A stretch of 64,000 bases of DNA. Source: Vicugna vicugna (Eukaryota). The notes beneath the pieces were generated by a model. The model ran no database searches and was not told the origin of the DNA. It was given only the letters and a program-made list of their open reading frames with translations. Below are positions 1-12,392 of the stretch, piece after piece. The stretch spans positions 4,996,976-5,060,975 of the forward strand of contig MU058065.1 in assembly GCA_013265495.1 (NCBI GenBank), read 5' to 3'. The first letter of the stretch is position 1. Every line of letters begins with the position of its first letter. Made by a program: the position numbers and the translations under genes.

Positions 1-784
1 AGATATAATCAACATTTTCTCTCTCTCTTTTTTTTTTTTTTTGGTCTCCAGCAGAGCATTTATAAATGGTCACTCTATTTTAAATAAGTTATTATAAAAT
101 GAGAAATATTTATAGAACATTCCATTAGGAGAGAAAGTCATACCCGTAACACTAAAGTTTGTTTTTCTGTACATCGCATGGGGCTATCCCCAGCCTAACC
201 TATCCCTTATGTTTTGAGATATGCTGTGCACTTCATACACGAATCTCTGTGTAATGCGCCTTCTAATACCATTTGTCAATGCTAATATTTGGCATTGACT
301 AACTGCACTGAATAGCCAGGCTCAAGTTTAGAAAAGTATATTCTATTTACATGAATTCTCCTCCTTAAAAATCCCATTCAAAGGAAGATCTGTATCTTGT
401 TTTTGACTTGAGGACTGGTAAAATGATTCAACATTAATCGTCAACATTTCAAGTGATTATGAGCTGCTAAGCATCCTATATTGTTGGTGCATACTGAACC
501 TCACTGTGGCCGAATTGAACAGATGAGAAACTGAGGAAGGAGAAACGTTGCAAGTGCTTTTGTTAAAAATATGAGAACACGCGACCAATATGGCTGACAA
601 ACAGGTCTATTTTTCTTCACATACAAAGCAGTGAAAACGTAATGCAGTCTACAGCTTGTGCATTGGTTCAGTCATATCCTCAAGAACCTACCGTCTTTCT
701 GTCTCAGCATCTCAGCTGGTTGGAATATTCTGCAGGGTTGTCTATGGGATGGCAGCTGTAGGGCTTAGCATCAGATTTTCTGTG

Positions 785-1282
785 TGTATCAGTCAAGGCT
801 GTTTGGGAAAACAGAAACCTCTGTAGGCATTTGAAATGGAAAAAGAATTTCAGTACTGGGAATTTAGTGCTTATGGAATTGTTAGGAGGGTGGTCTGGAA
901 GAATGGAGGTCTGCATAGGTCATTGCTCATTCTGAGTCTGCAGCTAGCTTTCGGGATTAGGAAGCTGCAGGACACAGAAAATAACTGATCATGATTGCAC
1001 TGCTTATCATCAAAGCAGGTGATTCTAAAGAAAATGACCAGAAACCACCACAAAAATTGTCTCCCCTGCTGAAGTCCATGTGTCCACTCACTGCTGTCCA
1101 AGGACCAGTAAAATGGCTTTAGCTTCTCTTCTGCTTTCCAGATCTCACATAAGTACTGGCTCTAAAGTGAATCTCTAATGGCAAGAAATCTGAGAAAAGT
1201 CATTCCCAGGCTTCCAGCCTCTTGCAGGACAGAGCATAGAATGGAGAAAATGGCACTGAGTCACCAATAGACAGTCACGCAC
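785..1282 (-). mobile_element. Ancient ERVL/MaLR-class solo LTR (LTR33/MLT1-like)
   Basis: Starts tgtatcagtcaagg...aacagaaacc. Ends ggcaagaaatctgagaaaagt...ttccagcctc...accaatagacagtcacgcaca, resembling reverse-complemented old ERVL LTRs with TG...CA termini. Confidence 0.6.
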
Positions 1283-2069
1283 AAGGCTACAAGGAGCAAG
1301 ATCCACCAATGACCCCCATCCCTTTACCAGGAAAGCGAAAGCTCTTGTTTATAGTTCATTGTCCAAAACTGGAACACCCTGTGCCCTTCAGCTGCCGGGG
1401 AATCAAGAGCAAGCTGTGTCAGGGGTCCCTCAGCTTGTGTATTAGGACTATACAAATTATGTCCTCCTGAATGAGGAGGCACAAGCCACCCCCGCAGATT
1501 GGCAGGTAGCTCCCTCAGTGTCTGAGCTCCCACTCTGGGGAGGTGAAAACCCCAGAGCTGCTTTGATTGAAGGTACAGTTTCAATACACTCACACAAAGG
1601 AAGTGAAATCACAAAATGTAATCCTTACAAATCCCAAAAACGGGGGCGGGGAGGCAGGGACGCAAGGAGCTGGGGAAAGGGCAGTCCTCCATCCCAGGTC
1701 AGGAGTGCACAAGCAGGAGACACAAAGCAGGGCAGCAAGCGCGGATCACCTACAAGGGGGGTGGGGCTTCACTCACTAACATTTCCTGGGCTTAACTTTC
1801 AATGGTTATTTTAAAAGGTTCCCTGGAGAGAGGAAAGCAGAAACTTGTGGTGAGAATCCTAAACTCAGGTTCTTAATCTGAATGTCCAGATTCCGGGTGT
1901 GAGCAGGGCTGACCTACTCTAAAAAGCCTAGGCATCCACTCAGAATGGCTGTTTTCTCATCCCACATGCACTCAGCTTTCCTTGCTCTATAGGGAGGTGA
2001 AGAAAGAACCGCACAGACAACCTTAAAAGAGAGATGGCAGCTTGAGATGATATACGTATGATTTTTTTT

Positions 2070-2760
2070 AATTTACAAAGAACTTTTGCAAATGTAGACA
2101 ACCAGAAAGTAACAATCAGGAGTCACAATAGAAAAATGAGCAAATATATAAACATCAAATTATAGGAGGGGAGGTCTATAAAGAGCACCATAAAAGCATT
2201 AGAAAATTACAAATTTAAACTAAGATATATCGTATAGTAGTAGGGGTGTAGACTTGTGTGGTGATTCTAGGTGGCAAGCTGATGGTACTTGATTAGATCA
2301 AGTGTAGATTTACTTTTGAGCCAGCAGTTCTGCTCCCAAGTATATATTCCAAGGAAATTATCAAGCAGGGACACAGTGGGCATGTAGGAATATGGTTATT
2401 ATAGCTCTGTTAATGCTGGTGGAAACTGGAGGCAGTGGATGAGTACAGTGTGCTGGCATAAGACCATGGTGGACTAAGAAGCAGTTCGAAGAAACATGCA
2501 TGAATCCAATAAATTCAGGATAAGGTGAAAAATAAGTGAGAAACAGAATGAGGTCTAGAATCAATGGCATTTGTAAAAACTAAAACGTGTAAGTAAAACA
2601 TCATACACATTTGATGATAACACATTAGGATGGTTATGATGAGGTAAATAGGAAAGGAAATGGAGGGGAAAATAAATATATAAAACGGGAGGAGTCTTGC
2701 TTGGACCAAAGATGGTAGTAAACCATGAACTGAGGGTGATATGGCTGATTTAATGCTGGG
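2070..2760 (+). mobile_element. Degenerate L1M (L1ME/MC-type) ORF2 end and 3' UTR
   Basis: L1-like blocks: tacaaagaacttttgcaaat, aatagaaaaatgagcaaatatataaac, gagccagcagttctgctcccaagtatatattccaagg, ttatagctctgttaatgctggtggaaactgga. Confidence 0.7.
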
Positions 2761-3729
2761 CAAGTGAGAGCAACAAAAAGGATCAAAAAGTCAACTGATT
2801 TAGAAAATGTGTGTGTGTGTGTTACAAACACAAACACCCATCATGCCCTCATAGCAATGTGTCACCTAAGATGTTCTAATGCTAGTGTGTAGGTTCTGAG
2901 AGTTATCTACACACACATCTATCTTGGTGAACAGGGCTCCTTTCAACGACGCCAGGAAACATGGGATGCCACACTGCAATCGACCAGGCAATCCTCCCAG
3001 GGTCTATGGATGACAGATCAGCACGACACAAGACATGGACACTTCATGGGCAATAACTGTTGCCCTTTTTGTTGAAGATAATTAAGTGGCTCCTCTTACC
3101 AGGTCATGAGTGAAGCATCCCAAACTCCAGCGGGCAGCCATCAGTCAGCAGGATTTTTCTACAAGGCCTTTTTAATTTTCTAAGAGTGTGTTAAGAAATA
3201 ATGAGATCGTATCTACATAGGTTTCTCAGCCCTCTGCTTGCAAGGTTTCTTTTTTGCTTCAAAAGCGATCGCAAAGCTCTCCCTTGCCTTCAATTAGGAG
3301 AAAGTGAAACCTGTCAGGTTCTGTGGACCAGCCTGCTCACCACTTCCCGGGGGGCTCAGTAGACACGGACTCCCTCTTTTATTTCAAGAGTGATTGGCAG
3401 TGATGACATCTAAGAACAATGATTCTTTTCTCAATTTAGATGCTGACAGGTGGGTGTCTTCTCTTCTCAAACAGAAATATTCACTGCAGCCAGCATGCAT
3501 AATTTATCACGACACAGGACAAGAGAGGAACATTTTGCTGAAGATGCCCTGCCTTTATCCACCCCTTCCTGATACATACCAGGTCTCCCTGGGGAATCAG
3601 AGGCCAATCCTAATGGCACACGCTCTCCTGGTAGCAGTGGCTCAAGCTCATCTTTAGATTGCCACTTGACCAAAGGACAGCCAGGAGTGGGCTGTTCCAA
3701 GGATTTTCTAGCAAATCCTCGAAATTTAG

Positions 3730-3830
3730 TGCCTGTGTGACTTTAGGTGAGCTACTTAGTATCCTTAAATGTCCGTTTACTTAAAAAAAAATTGAAACAT
3801 TTCTAAGCACAGAGTTGCTGTGAGGGTAGC
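3730..3830 (+). mobile_element. MIR SINE fragment
   Basis: tgtgtgactttaggtgagctactta...cacagagttgctgtgagg matches the MIR core. Confidence 0.65.
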
Positions 3831-4344
3831 GTACTGGTATCTCATGAAGCCCTTGCTTGAGAGTCACAGCCAACTTTCACTTCCCCATATTAGGCCAGTC
3901 ACTGGATTGGTGTGGAAAGTGCATTTCCTTGGGAAAAGAGGGCACACATCCACTCAAATACAGTGATTATAACCTATGTATTTTGTAGCCTCCTTTAGAA
4001 TAGAGAAACCCACGTCCAGTATCATCATCTTCATATTACGCGGAAGTCATGTTAGACATCAATAGTATTTAGGCAAATGCAGCTTTCTATGTACACTCTG
4101 ATTTTTGCACCTCAAAGTGAATCTAAAATTACATCTTGCTATTGTGTTCTTCTATTTATTAAATATTCCTGCAAGCATTACTGGGAAGTTGCGCACATCC
4201 ACACCCAGTAATTAAAAGGTAGGCTGTGTTTTACGATCAATTTAACAGCACTTGAGAGTAATTCTGACTATTACGATGTTCGCCCCATGTACTGAATTCA
4301 GAACCTAAATCCTATTTAAGTCTCCACTTAACTGTTAGCATTCA

Positions 4345-4503
4345 CAAGCCGGGGCTCTGCAGCCAACGGCTGGGATTAGAACCCTAACTCCATGCCGTAC
4401 TATATAACACTGGGCGAGATCTTTAACCTCTCCGAGGTCCACCGTGTATAACGGTGATTTGCATGGGTGCCTGACAACTTGCAAACAATAAATATTAGCT
4501 GCT
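4345..4503 (+). mobile_element. MIR SINE fragment
   Basis: ggctctgcagccaacggctggg...ctgggcgagatctttaacctctc...caataaatattagct. Confidence 0.6.
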
Positions 4504-4549
4504 CCTGCTGTCACTGCAGCTGCTGCCCTATTATTACCATTACTGTTAC

Positions 4550-4810
4550 TTTCTTTGTTTTATTAAAGTAGAGTTGATTTACAATGTGTTAGTCTCTGGT
4601 GTACAGCATAGTGATTCAGTTATACATATATACACATATTTTTTCATATTCTTTTTCATTATAGGCTATTACAAGATATTGAATACAGTTCCCTGTGCCA
4701 CAAAGTAGAACCTTGTTGTTTATCTATTTTACATACAGTAATTCGTATCTGCCAATCCTAGACTCCTAATTTATTCCTCCCCTCCCTTCTCCTTTGGTAA
4801 CCATAAGTTT
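4550..4810 (-). mobile_element. 5'-truncated cetartiodactyl/camelid L1 3' end (copy A)
   Basis: ttttattaaagtagagttgatttacaatg...ggtgtacagcatagtgattcag...gaatacagttccctgtgc...tttggtaaccataagttt is the reverse complement of an L1 3' UTR. Confidence 0.9.
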
Positions 4811-5068
4811 ATTTTCTTTTTTTTAAATTGAAATATAGTCAGTTTACAATGTTGTGTTAATCTCTGGTGTACAGCATAGTGATTCATTTATATATATATA
4901 TATTCCTCTTCATATTCTTTTTCATTATAGGCCATTACAAGGTACTGAATATAGCTCCCTGTGCTGTACAGTAGGACCTTGCTGTTTATCTATTTTATAC
5001 ACAGCACTGCTTTTCTACAAATCCCAAACTCCCAATTTATCCCTCCTCAGCCCCCTCCCCGCCCCGGT
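4811..5068 (-). mobile_element. 5'-truncated cetartiodactyl/camelid L1 3' end (copy B)
   Basis: T-tail, then attgaaatatagtcagtttacaatgttgtg...ctccctgtgctgtacagtagga...aaactcccaatttatccctc. Same region of the L1 3' UTR as copy A. Confidence 0.9.
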
Positions 5069-7254
5069 GTCACTAATACCTAGCAATGCTTAAATCACTC
5101 CAGACATCCTCTTGGAATCTCTAATCATGTTTCCTGACAAGCATGTGGCTTTTCTGTCCCCGTTTATCATCAATAGCTATTTTTGCCCAAGTTCTGCTAA
5201 GTAGGAGGCATATTAAAATCTGAAGAACTGTTCTTTAAGTACTCTGGCCTGGCCAATTAATTGGAAGACATTGCTGTCACTGAACAAGAGACTAACAAAG
5301 AGTTAAGCCCTCCTTGTGTCCTCATTTTCACTTGGATGTGCCACAAATAAAAAATGAGCTGACACTCGGAAAAGACGAAGACACCATATTGTTGTCACTC
5401 CGCATCCCAGCACATCTGATGCCCCTCATGCTGTTCGGGCTGCTGAAGCCTTTGAAATTCGAGAAGACCAGTGCCTGATCCCCCAGCTCTGGTAATTAAG
5501 ACATAGTGCAGCAAATCAAAAGAGACATGCCACCGAGTACCCAGTACCCACATTCCCTTCCTAGGGGCGGGGGCGAGGGGGAGAGGGAGGGAGGAAGAAG
5601 AAGGAGAAAAAGGAAAGCAAGCTTAAGTTGTGAGTCATAAATCAACTGGTTCTGCCTTTCGGTAGGAAAAGACCAGCCACTTCTCTATTACGACTTAATT
5701 CCACCTTGCATCCCCAAATCCATTTTTCTTTCGTTTTTCTGCTTTATGATCTTTGAGTTTCTTTTTCTTAAGACTAATTTTTCTTCTAAGAGGGGAGAGG
5801 AATGCCACCTCTTAAGAAGAAAACAAGATCTTATCATTTGTCTTCCTGCGGGGGAAATGGATGCGCTTTTCCGTCATTCTTCTTTGTCATAAGCAATCGC
5901 TGTTGTGTCGTAAATTTAAAACAGGCTGTGCTTCTGAGGCCCCCGTTCGAATCGGAGCAGGGACATGTGGGATATAAAGGTTTATTAGTATAAATGGATA
6001 AATAATGAATGTTGAGTCCCGGGAACCTTGTGTTCCAGCTAGTTGGCTCCAATAACATGTCATAATATATTAAAAAAAATTCAACTAGGCAATATCTTCA
6101 TAAAGATAAATTGATCTAAACTCTAATTGGAAAGGCATAGAAAACATATTGCCATCTTCATTTCTTTACAATAAATAATTTGGGTCTACGAATTCAACTG
6201 TGATTTATTTGTAAGTATATCATAATCATCAAAATGGGTGACAGACTTTTTTTTGGAGAACTCACTGTTGAATATATTCAGAATTAAAACTGGTTGACTC
6301 CATCAAAGATCTGCCTGAATATTACCTTAAGTGATGCTTCCTTGTTGTTCTCCTTCTGGTCCCTGATCTTTCTCTTTCTACTGCAATATCATTTAAATGG
6401 AAAGCGTCACCACAAATTGCACAGGGCTGCAAAATCCTCAGAGTGATCTTTTAAGTCAAAGGAAAATCTAACTTGACAAATAAAATTAAATCCCACCTCC
6501 TATTTCCCATAGAAGTTTTTCAAGAATGCCAAGATAACAGTTTTCAAATTTCAGATTTTTTAAATTATGGGACTGTCAACCAATTGTCAAAATCATAAGG
6601 AGGAGTAAATTTTTAAAATAAGTATTCAGCATTCATTGGGTAAGATTTAAAATGACCCAATTGGTTTTCTTAATTTCTTTGTGCAAGATCTAAGATAAGC
6701 GAAAGGAAAAGGAGAACTCCAAGGAGATAAAATGCGAAATCATTTATAGTCCTGAGATGCTATTTTGACCAAGGAGAAGGAGGAATGGACTGGTGTGAGT
6801 GGGGTGCGAGGGAGAAGCGAGAAGCCACGTGGGAATCAGTGAGCTCCCAGGAGTCAACAGGGACAGAAGTCGTGACTGAACGTGTGGTCTTACTAGTGTG
6901 TGTGTCATGTAATACTTGAATGTGTTTAATCATGAAAAGGAGATTATTGAAGGATTCCAGACCTTAAGTGAATTCCAGAGTTTCATCGTCTATATTTCTC
7001 TGTATTTGGTAAAGGAGGAAAAGTGAGAGATGGCTATAGGGACACCTTGACCCAGAGGAGTCAGACAGTGGTGCTGGGAATACGCCTCCTACAAAATGGA
7101 GGTTATCTGAGGGACTTGAAGGCGGGGCCAGGTGTGGAAGCTATGTTTATAATTATTGGTTTCACTACTCTTCACTTACCATCGCTATAGCCTCCTACAG
7201 CTTACAATTTTTATATAGATGTATTCTCATTAGACCATCCCAGTGTCTTCAAAG

Positions 7255-7395
7255 ATAGTAGTACTATTATCAACCCTGTTATGAATGATCTGAGGACCCG
7301 AGGGGTTAACGATGTGCTAAAGATGACCCAGACACCAGTAGCAGACTCTGAAATAGATCTTAGTCCTTCCAGTATCCAGTCCCATATTTTCAGAC
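7255..7395 (-). mobile_element. MIR fragment
   Basis: tactattatcaaccctgtt...ctgaggacccgaggggttaac...aagatgacccag. Confidence 0.6.
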
Positions 7396-7511
7396 AAACC
7401 ACACAACCCTTGAAAAAAAAATCATTCATGAAAGAAGCTTTGAGAAGAAACACTTGGTTTGGTTGGGAGGAAGATGGGCAAATTAAGAAGAAGAAAATGG
7501 TACAATTTCTT

Positions 7512-7680
7512 TAACAATCACTTACATAGCACCTGGTATGTTCCAGACAGTCTCGGGTATGTTACAGTATTGACTCACTCATGCTCATAACAATTGTATA
7601 AAGTAGGTGCTATTAATAGTCCCATTTTAGAGATGCAAAAACTGAAGCCCAAAGAGGTTCAATAACCTTCCCCAGGACTT
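7512..7680 (-). mobile_element. MIR fragment
   Basis: cacttacatagcacc...gtaggtgctatt...cccattttagagatgcaaaaactgaagcccaaagaggt. Confidence 0.75.
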
Positions 7681-8229
7681 GGTAACCTGACTAGAATGTA
7701 TGGTTTTAACCAGAAAGGTTGGCTGCCTCTAAGGATAATGGCTTGGTTATTGGAAAGATCGAATGAGGTGATATAAACCAACTGTTTAGAACAACCCTTG
7801 GGAAATGGTGTTTAAAAGAACGTAAGTACATTGTCAACTGCATGGAGAAGATAGTTGGCAGACATTCTGGGTTCAAGTAAAGAAATCCTACTAAATGCTA
7901 CACAATACAGTGGAAGTTGAATGAAGTATGATGAGAGGTCAAAGAAGCATCCCTCACACAGAAACCCATGCAGGTGAGCTGGGCACACTTCATACCAACA
8001 TCAGATTGTCTGAGCTATTTTTATCCTCTTAGTTCCCAGTTCATCTTTACTTTAAATCTAGAACTAGTTTTCCCAGTGTTCTGAAATAATTCCACAACTC
8101 AAATTTTACCAAGTTGCCAGGCTCTGATGATATAAAGACAAGGAGATGACAGCTTCACTTCTCAAGCAACAGACTTCACGGAATTACAGATATATAAACT
8201 CGTAATAATAACCATGTCATATACATAGA

Positions 8230-8985
8230 CAAAAATTAAAACTTGCCCAGGGTGCAGAAGAAGCACACAGGAGGAATTTTGCTTTTGTCTTGGGACAGAT
8301 TTCCCCAAGGAGGTGAACTTCACAGAGCTTGGAAGAGAAAGAAGATGGATGTAGCCATGAGTGGAGAAGGTAGACAGTCCAAGGAAATCATACAGGCTTG
8401 CAGACATGTGGTGTGCTTGGGGATGATTTGTGCATGATTTGTTCATGATTTGTTCCTGCTTGAAAATAAGTTTGAGGAGGAGGCATGAAGAAACACAGGA
8501 AAAGCAAGAAGGTGTGAGGAGGCTAGACAGGTGTCCTGTCGTGAAGGCTGCGTGTACCAGGTGAAACCTCACAGGAGAGGGATGGAAAGGGGGAAGGAGG
8601 TCAGACCTCTATTTTAGAACCTAACTCCCCTGAAAACCTGGTTAAGAAACTCCAGGAGGAAAAATTAGATGCAAGAGTCTATCTCCAGGTGGGAAATGTT
8701 GAGATCCTGACAGTGTTCGTAAGAGGGGAGGAAAACACAAGATGGGTTCGCAAGTTATACAGGAAGACAAATTGAAAGGAATATTGAATCTGGGGACCAC
8801 TGTTAGATTCCTGGTATAGTGACTTTGTTAGTGGGGTCACTGATGCAGGTAGCAAGTTTAGGAAGGACAAGAGATTTGAGGATGAAGGGGAGGTGATAAT
8901 CAGCCTTCAGGACAGACTGAGTTTTGAGTACCTGTGAGGCATCCTAGCAGAGCTGTCTGGTAGACAGTGGATGACATGAGCACAT
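8230..8985 (-). mobile_element. L2 LINE fragment
   Basis: Purine-rich antisense-L2 texture, e.g. ttccccaaggaggtgaac and gagttttgagtacctgtgaggcatcctagcagagctgtctggtagacagtggat. Confidence 0.65.
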
Positions 8986-9287
8986 AATAAGTGTTCCATT
9001 AGTTTGCCTTGATGCATTTATCTCCCTTGAGATCACAGTTGTTTGGGATGTATTCATCCCATGGAAATCCGTAGGACCATGGTGATTCTTTTTTCTGTGT
9101 TTATCACTGCTCACCCCACATTTCTGAGCCAGTCACTAGGCTGCCTCTGAATGTCATAGCATTTATCACCAGTCAAAGCACCACCCTCCCGTCTCCCTCT
9201 TAAAGCATCTAGTGATTCAGCCTATATTTACTCTCCCCACTCCCCATTCCCTGTCAGGGTCTACTGCTATTTCCTGTCTTTAAATAT

Positions 9288-9467
9288 CAGTGGTTCTCCC
9301 CAGGCCAGTGGCGGCAGCAGCTTCACCTGGGAACTTGTTATAAATGGAAATTCTTGGTCCCCACCCCAGATCTCCTGAATCAGAAACTCTGGGAATGGGA
9401 CCAAGTAATCTGTGTTTTAATAAGCCCCTAGGTGACTCTGATGCCTGCTCAAGTTTGAGAAACTCTG
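9288..9467. mobile_element. MER5A hAT-Charlie DNA transposon
   Basis: cagtggttctc...cacctgggaacttgtta...ccccaccccagatctcctgaatcagaaactctgg...ggtgactctgatgc...aagtttgagaaactctg, with terminal inverted repeats. Confidence 0.9.
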
Positions 9468-10049
9468 CTATAGATCATCTTCTCTGTAACCTAATAAATT
9501 TAAATTCTTCCAATTATGCTTGCTGGAATCAGTCATCCACTCATCTACGAAGGAGCAATTATGGTTTTAAAATGTAAATACGTTAGGTCTACTCTTGATC
9601 CATATAGAATTTTTGGACACTGCTGCTTTTTCTCTGTATGATAATTTGAGCGACATTTAAAGATTATTTTGTTTTTAAGCTGTTCTCTGAAGCTTCCATG
9701 CATCAACTTGAGTAAATAAAGAAGGGGTAAAGATTAGAGCGTGTAGGATTGAATAAGAAGAGAGAAAAAGGTGGGGGGCAGTTAGGGGGGCGATGAGAGA
9801 AGAAAAGGGAGAAGAAAGAAAGAGGAAAGTGAGGAAAAGAAAACGAAAAGCTAAGTGGAATATGTGACAGAAGAAGGAGGCGGAAAAGACAGCCGGGAAA
9901 AACAAGGCACACGTGGACGATGATTCAGCATCTCCAGATTCGACAGTCTGTTGTCTCTTGTTAAGCATGTCTTTCAATAAGGATATAAGTAAAAAACAAA
10001 CCTTACAAACCGCCTAATGATCTCCGCTCAGGTTTCATGCTCCTACGTC

Positions 10050-11162
10050 TGCCCTAATGGAGCCAGACTGGGTCTCCTTAAGCACAAACCAGAGCACGTC
10101 ACTCACCCATTCACATACTTTCAAGGACTTCCCATCGCAAGCCAAATGAAATCCAGATTATTTCCACCAAGACTCCTAAGCTCTCTGTCTTCGGGCCTTT
10201 GTCTAACTCTCCAATCCCTTTGTTCTTTCCAGCCTCTCTGAACTTCTTACTGTGCAACAGAGTAGCCACCAGACATACGGTCCTACTGAGCACTTGAGAT
10301 GTGTCTAGGGAGACTGAGGAACTGAATTTCTTATTTTATTTCACTTTAATTAAATTTAAGTTTAAAAGTAGGTACTAATTTAATTATCAGAAAACCTTGA
10401 AGTATGTCTGGACAGCATGGATATATGAATCTACTTCATCAAGCATAAATTTTATGAAATCAAAATGCAGATCCATTACCTCCAATAAAAATTTAGCTTC
10501 TGAGTTGAGACATACTTTATATATAAATATCCAACAGGTTTGGGAAAAAATATATAAAAAGAAAAATGTAAAATAATGCATTCATAATGTTTGCATTGAT
10601 TGCTTGGTTAAATGATAAAATATATAATTTAAATCAGTTTCATTTGTGTGTTTTTACTTTTCAAGAGTACTTTTACTTTTATTGTTTTTCCTAAAAAATG
10701 TTAAACTACATATGTGGCTCTCATTATATTTCTATTGGACAGCACTGCTCTAAGACATCAAACTCCGTTCTGCCTCCAGAGTCTTTATACTTGTTATTGC
10801 TGCCATCTAGAATGTTCTTCCAGACCCACATCTTTACATGGTTCATCTTCCCTCAGTTATAATTTTTGTTCAGATCTTTGCTCAAATATCAACGCCTCAA
10901 GTAGCCTTTCTTTAACCATACTATCTAAAATAGCTTCCATCCTCTCTCTGTCACTTTGCTTTAATTTTTCTACATAGCACGCATCACAACATCTGTTTGC
11001 TTATTCTCTGACTCCCGTATGAGAAAATAAGCCTCCTAAGGGCAGGGATTATTTTTCTTGTTCAGTGCTCTAGTCTCAAGACTTAGAAAAAGGAATATAT
11101 ATAGCTATGTGGACACTCACTATTTGTTGAAGAATGAATGAATGAATGAATGAATGAATGAA
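10050..11162 (+). mobile_element. L2a 3' end with (TGAA)n tail, interrupted by a hAT element
   Basis: L2 blocks at about 10050-10248 and 10749-11130, ending tatttgttgaagaatgaatgaatgaatgaatgaatgaatgaa. Confidence 0.85.
10250..10748. mobile_element. hAT-Charlie element (MER3/MER33/Charlie4-5-related)
   Basis: gtagccaccagacat...gagcacttgagatgtgtctag...gactgaggaactgaattt at one end; catatgtggctctcattatatttctattggacagcactg at the other. Confidence 0.8.
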
Positions 11163-12392
11163 AGAAATAAGCCACTGGTACTCAACTGTGGCATAGCACA
11201 AACAACTTGTGCGTGTACACTCTATGACTCTTCCCTGAACTCAGCATTTAAACATCTCTGCCATGTTGGAACTTAACTGAGCATGAAATATTTCTCTCCC
11301 CAGAACCCAGGAGCCTGGAGATGCTGGTATTACCATGGCACATGCTTAGAACCAGCATTAGAAGAACTCGACTAATGACAGAGCAGGTGGGAGGGACACA
11401 GGTCACTCTGCAAATATCCCTTTTACAGATACACCCAAGAGCGACAATCCTATGCTTTACATTAATGAATCATTCGTATTTAAGAATGTTATTTTTCATC
11501 GATTCTCTTTCAAGGAAGAGATTTCAAAGGTATATGAAAGTCTTCAAAAAGGAAAATAATATATGCAAGATACAAACTTGAAGCCTTCTAAAATGCCTTT
11601 TGCTTGAAATGCCTTAAACGTACACTGAACTGTTTTGCAATGCAGCCATGGTTCTAAGCCCATGTTGTTTCCTCAATTTTCAAGAGTTAGTAGCTGGTAA
11701 TTCTAAGAAGGAAGGAAATTAAAGTGGCATAAACATATTCCAGGCTCTCTCCAATGTAAAATATATAGGAAACTTATCATCTGTATGCTGCTGGGAATCA
11801 CTGTGGATTTTTGACTTAGATTATCAACAGAAATCTCATTTCAGGTACTAAGACAATCCTCTTTCTTCAAATGTGAAGTTACAATATATATTTAGCATAG
11901 AAGCCAGGGAATTTAAAATTTTTCTCTCAGATAGCATCAATTTGCACATCCTGAACAATAAAAGCTGAGTTAACAGCAGCATCCCCACAAATGCCAGAGA
12001 ATGGGCGTTCTCTCACAGCTCAGGAATGTTGAAATTGAAGGGAAGTTAAACGCATCAGTGTGGCAAAGTGGAACTAGGGAGCATTCCGATCTTGCCTTCT
12101 AGAAGTTGTAGAACTTTCTGTGATTGTAAGGTTATCATCATGGACAACTGCTAAAGAATTTCAGCAGACTTAGGCCATAAATCTTCAGTGGTGGGAGGAA
12201 AAGGTGAGGGGGAGTAGAAGGTCTCCCTCCAGAAGGCCACAAAAGTGAGAATGTGTGTGCAGACAGCTGTCAGCCGAGCTGATGGCCAGAGTCTAAGACC
12301 ACTTCTGAATGATTATTACCTTCCCCGTTGAGGGCACATGAGTAACGAGTCCATGAGGGGGTGGGGGTGAGGACCACATCAACCATCATCTC

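Noticed and set aside
8423..8455. Three copies of atgatttgt(g/t)c
   Set aside because: Ordinary slippage repeat inside an L2, with no spacers; not an array system.
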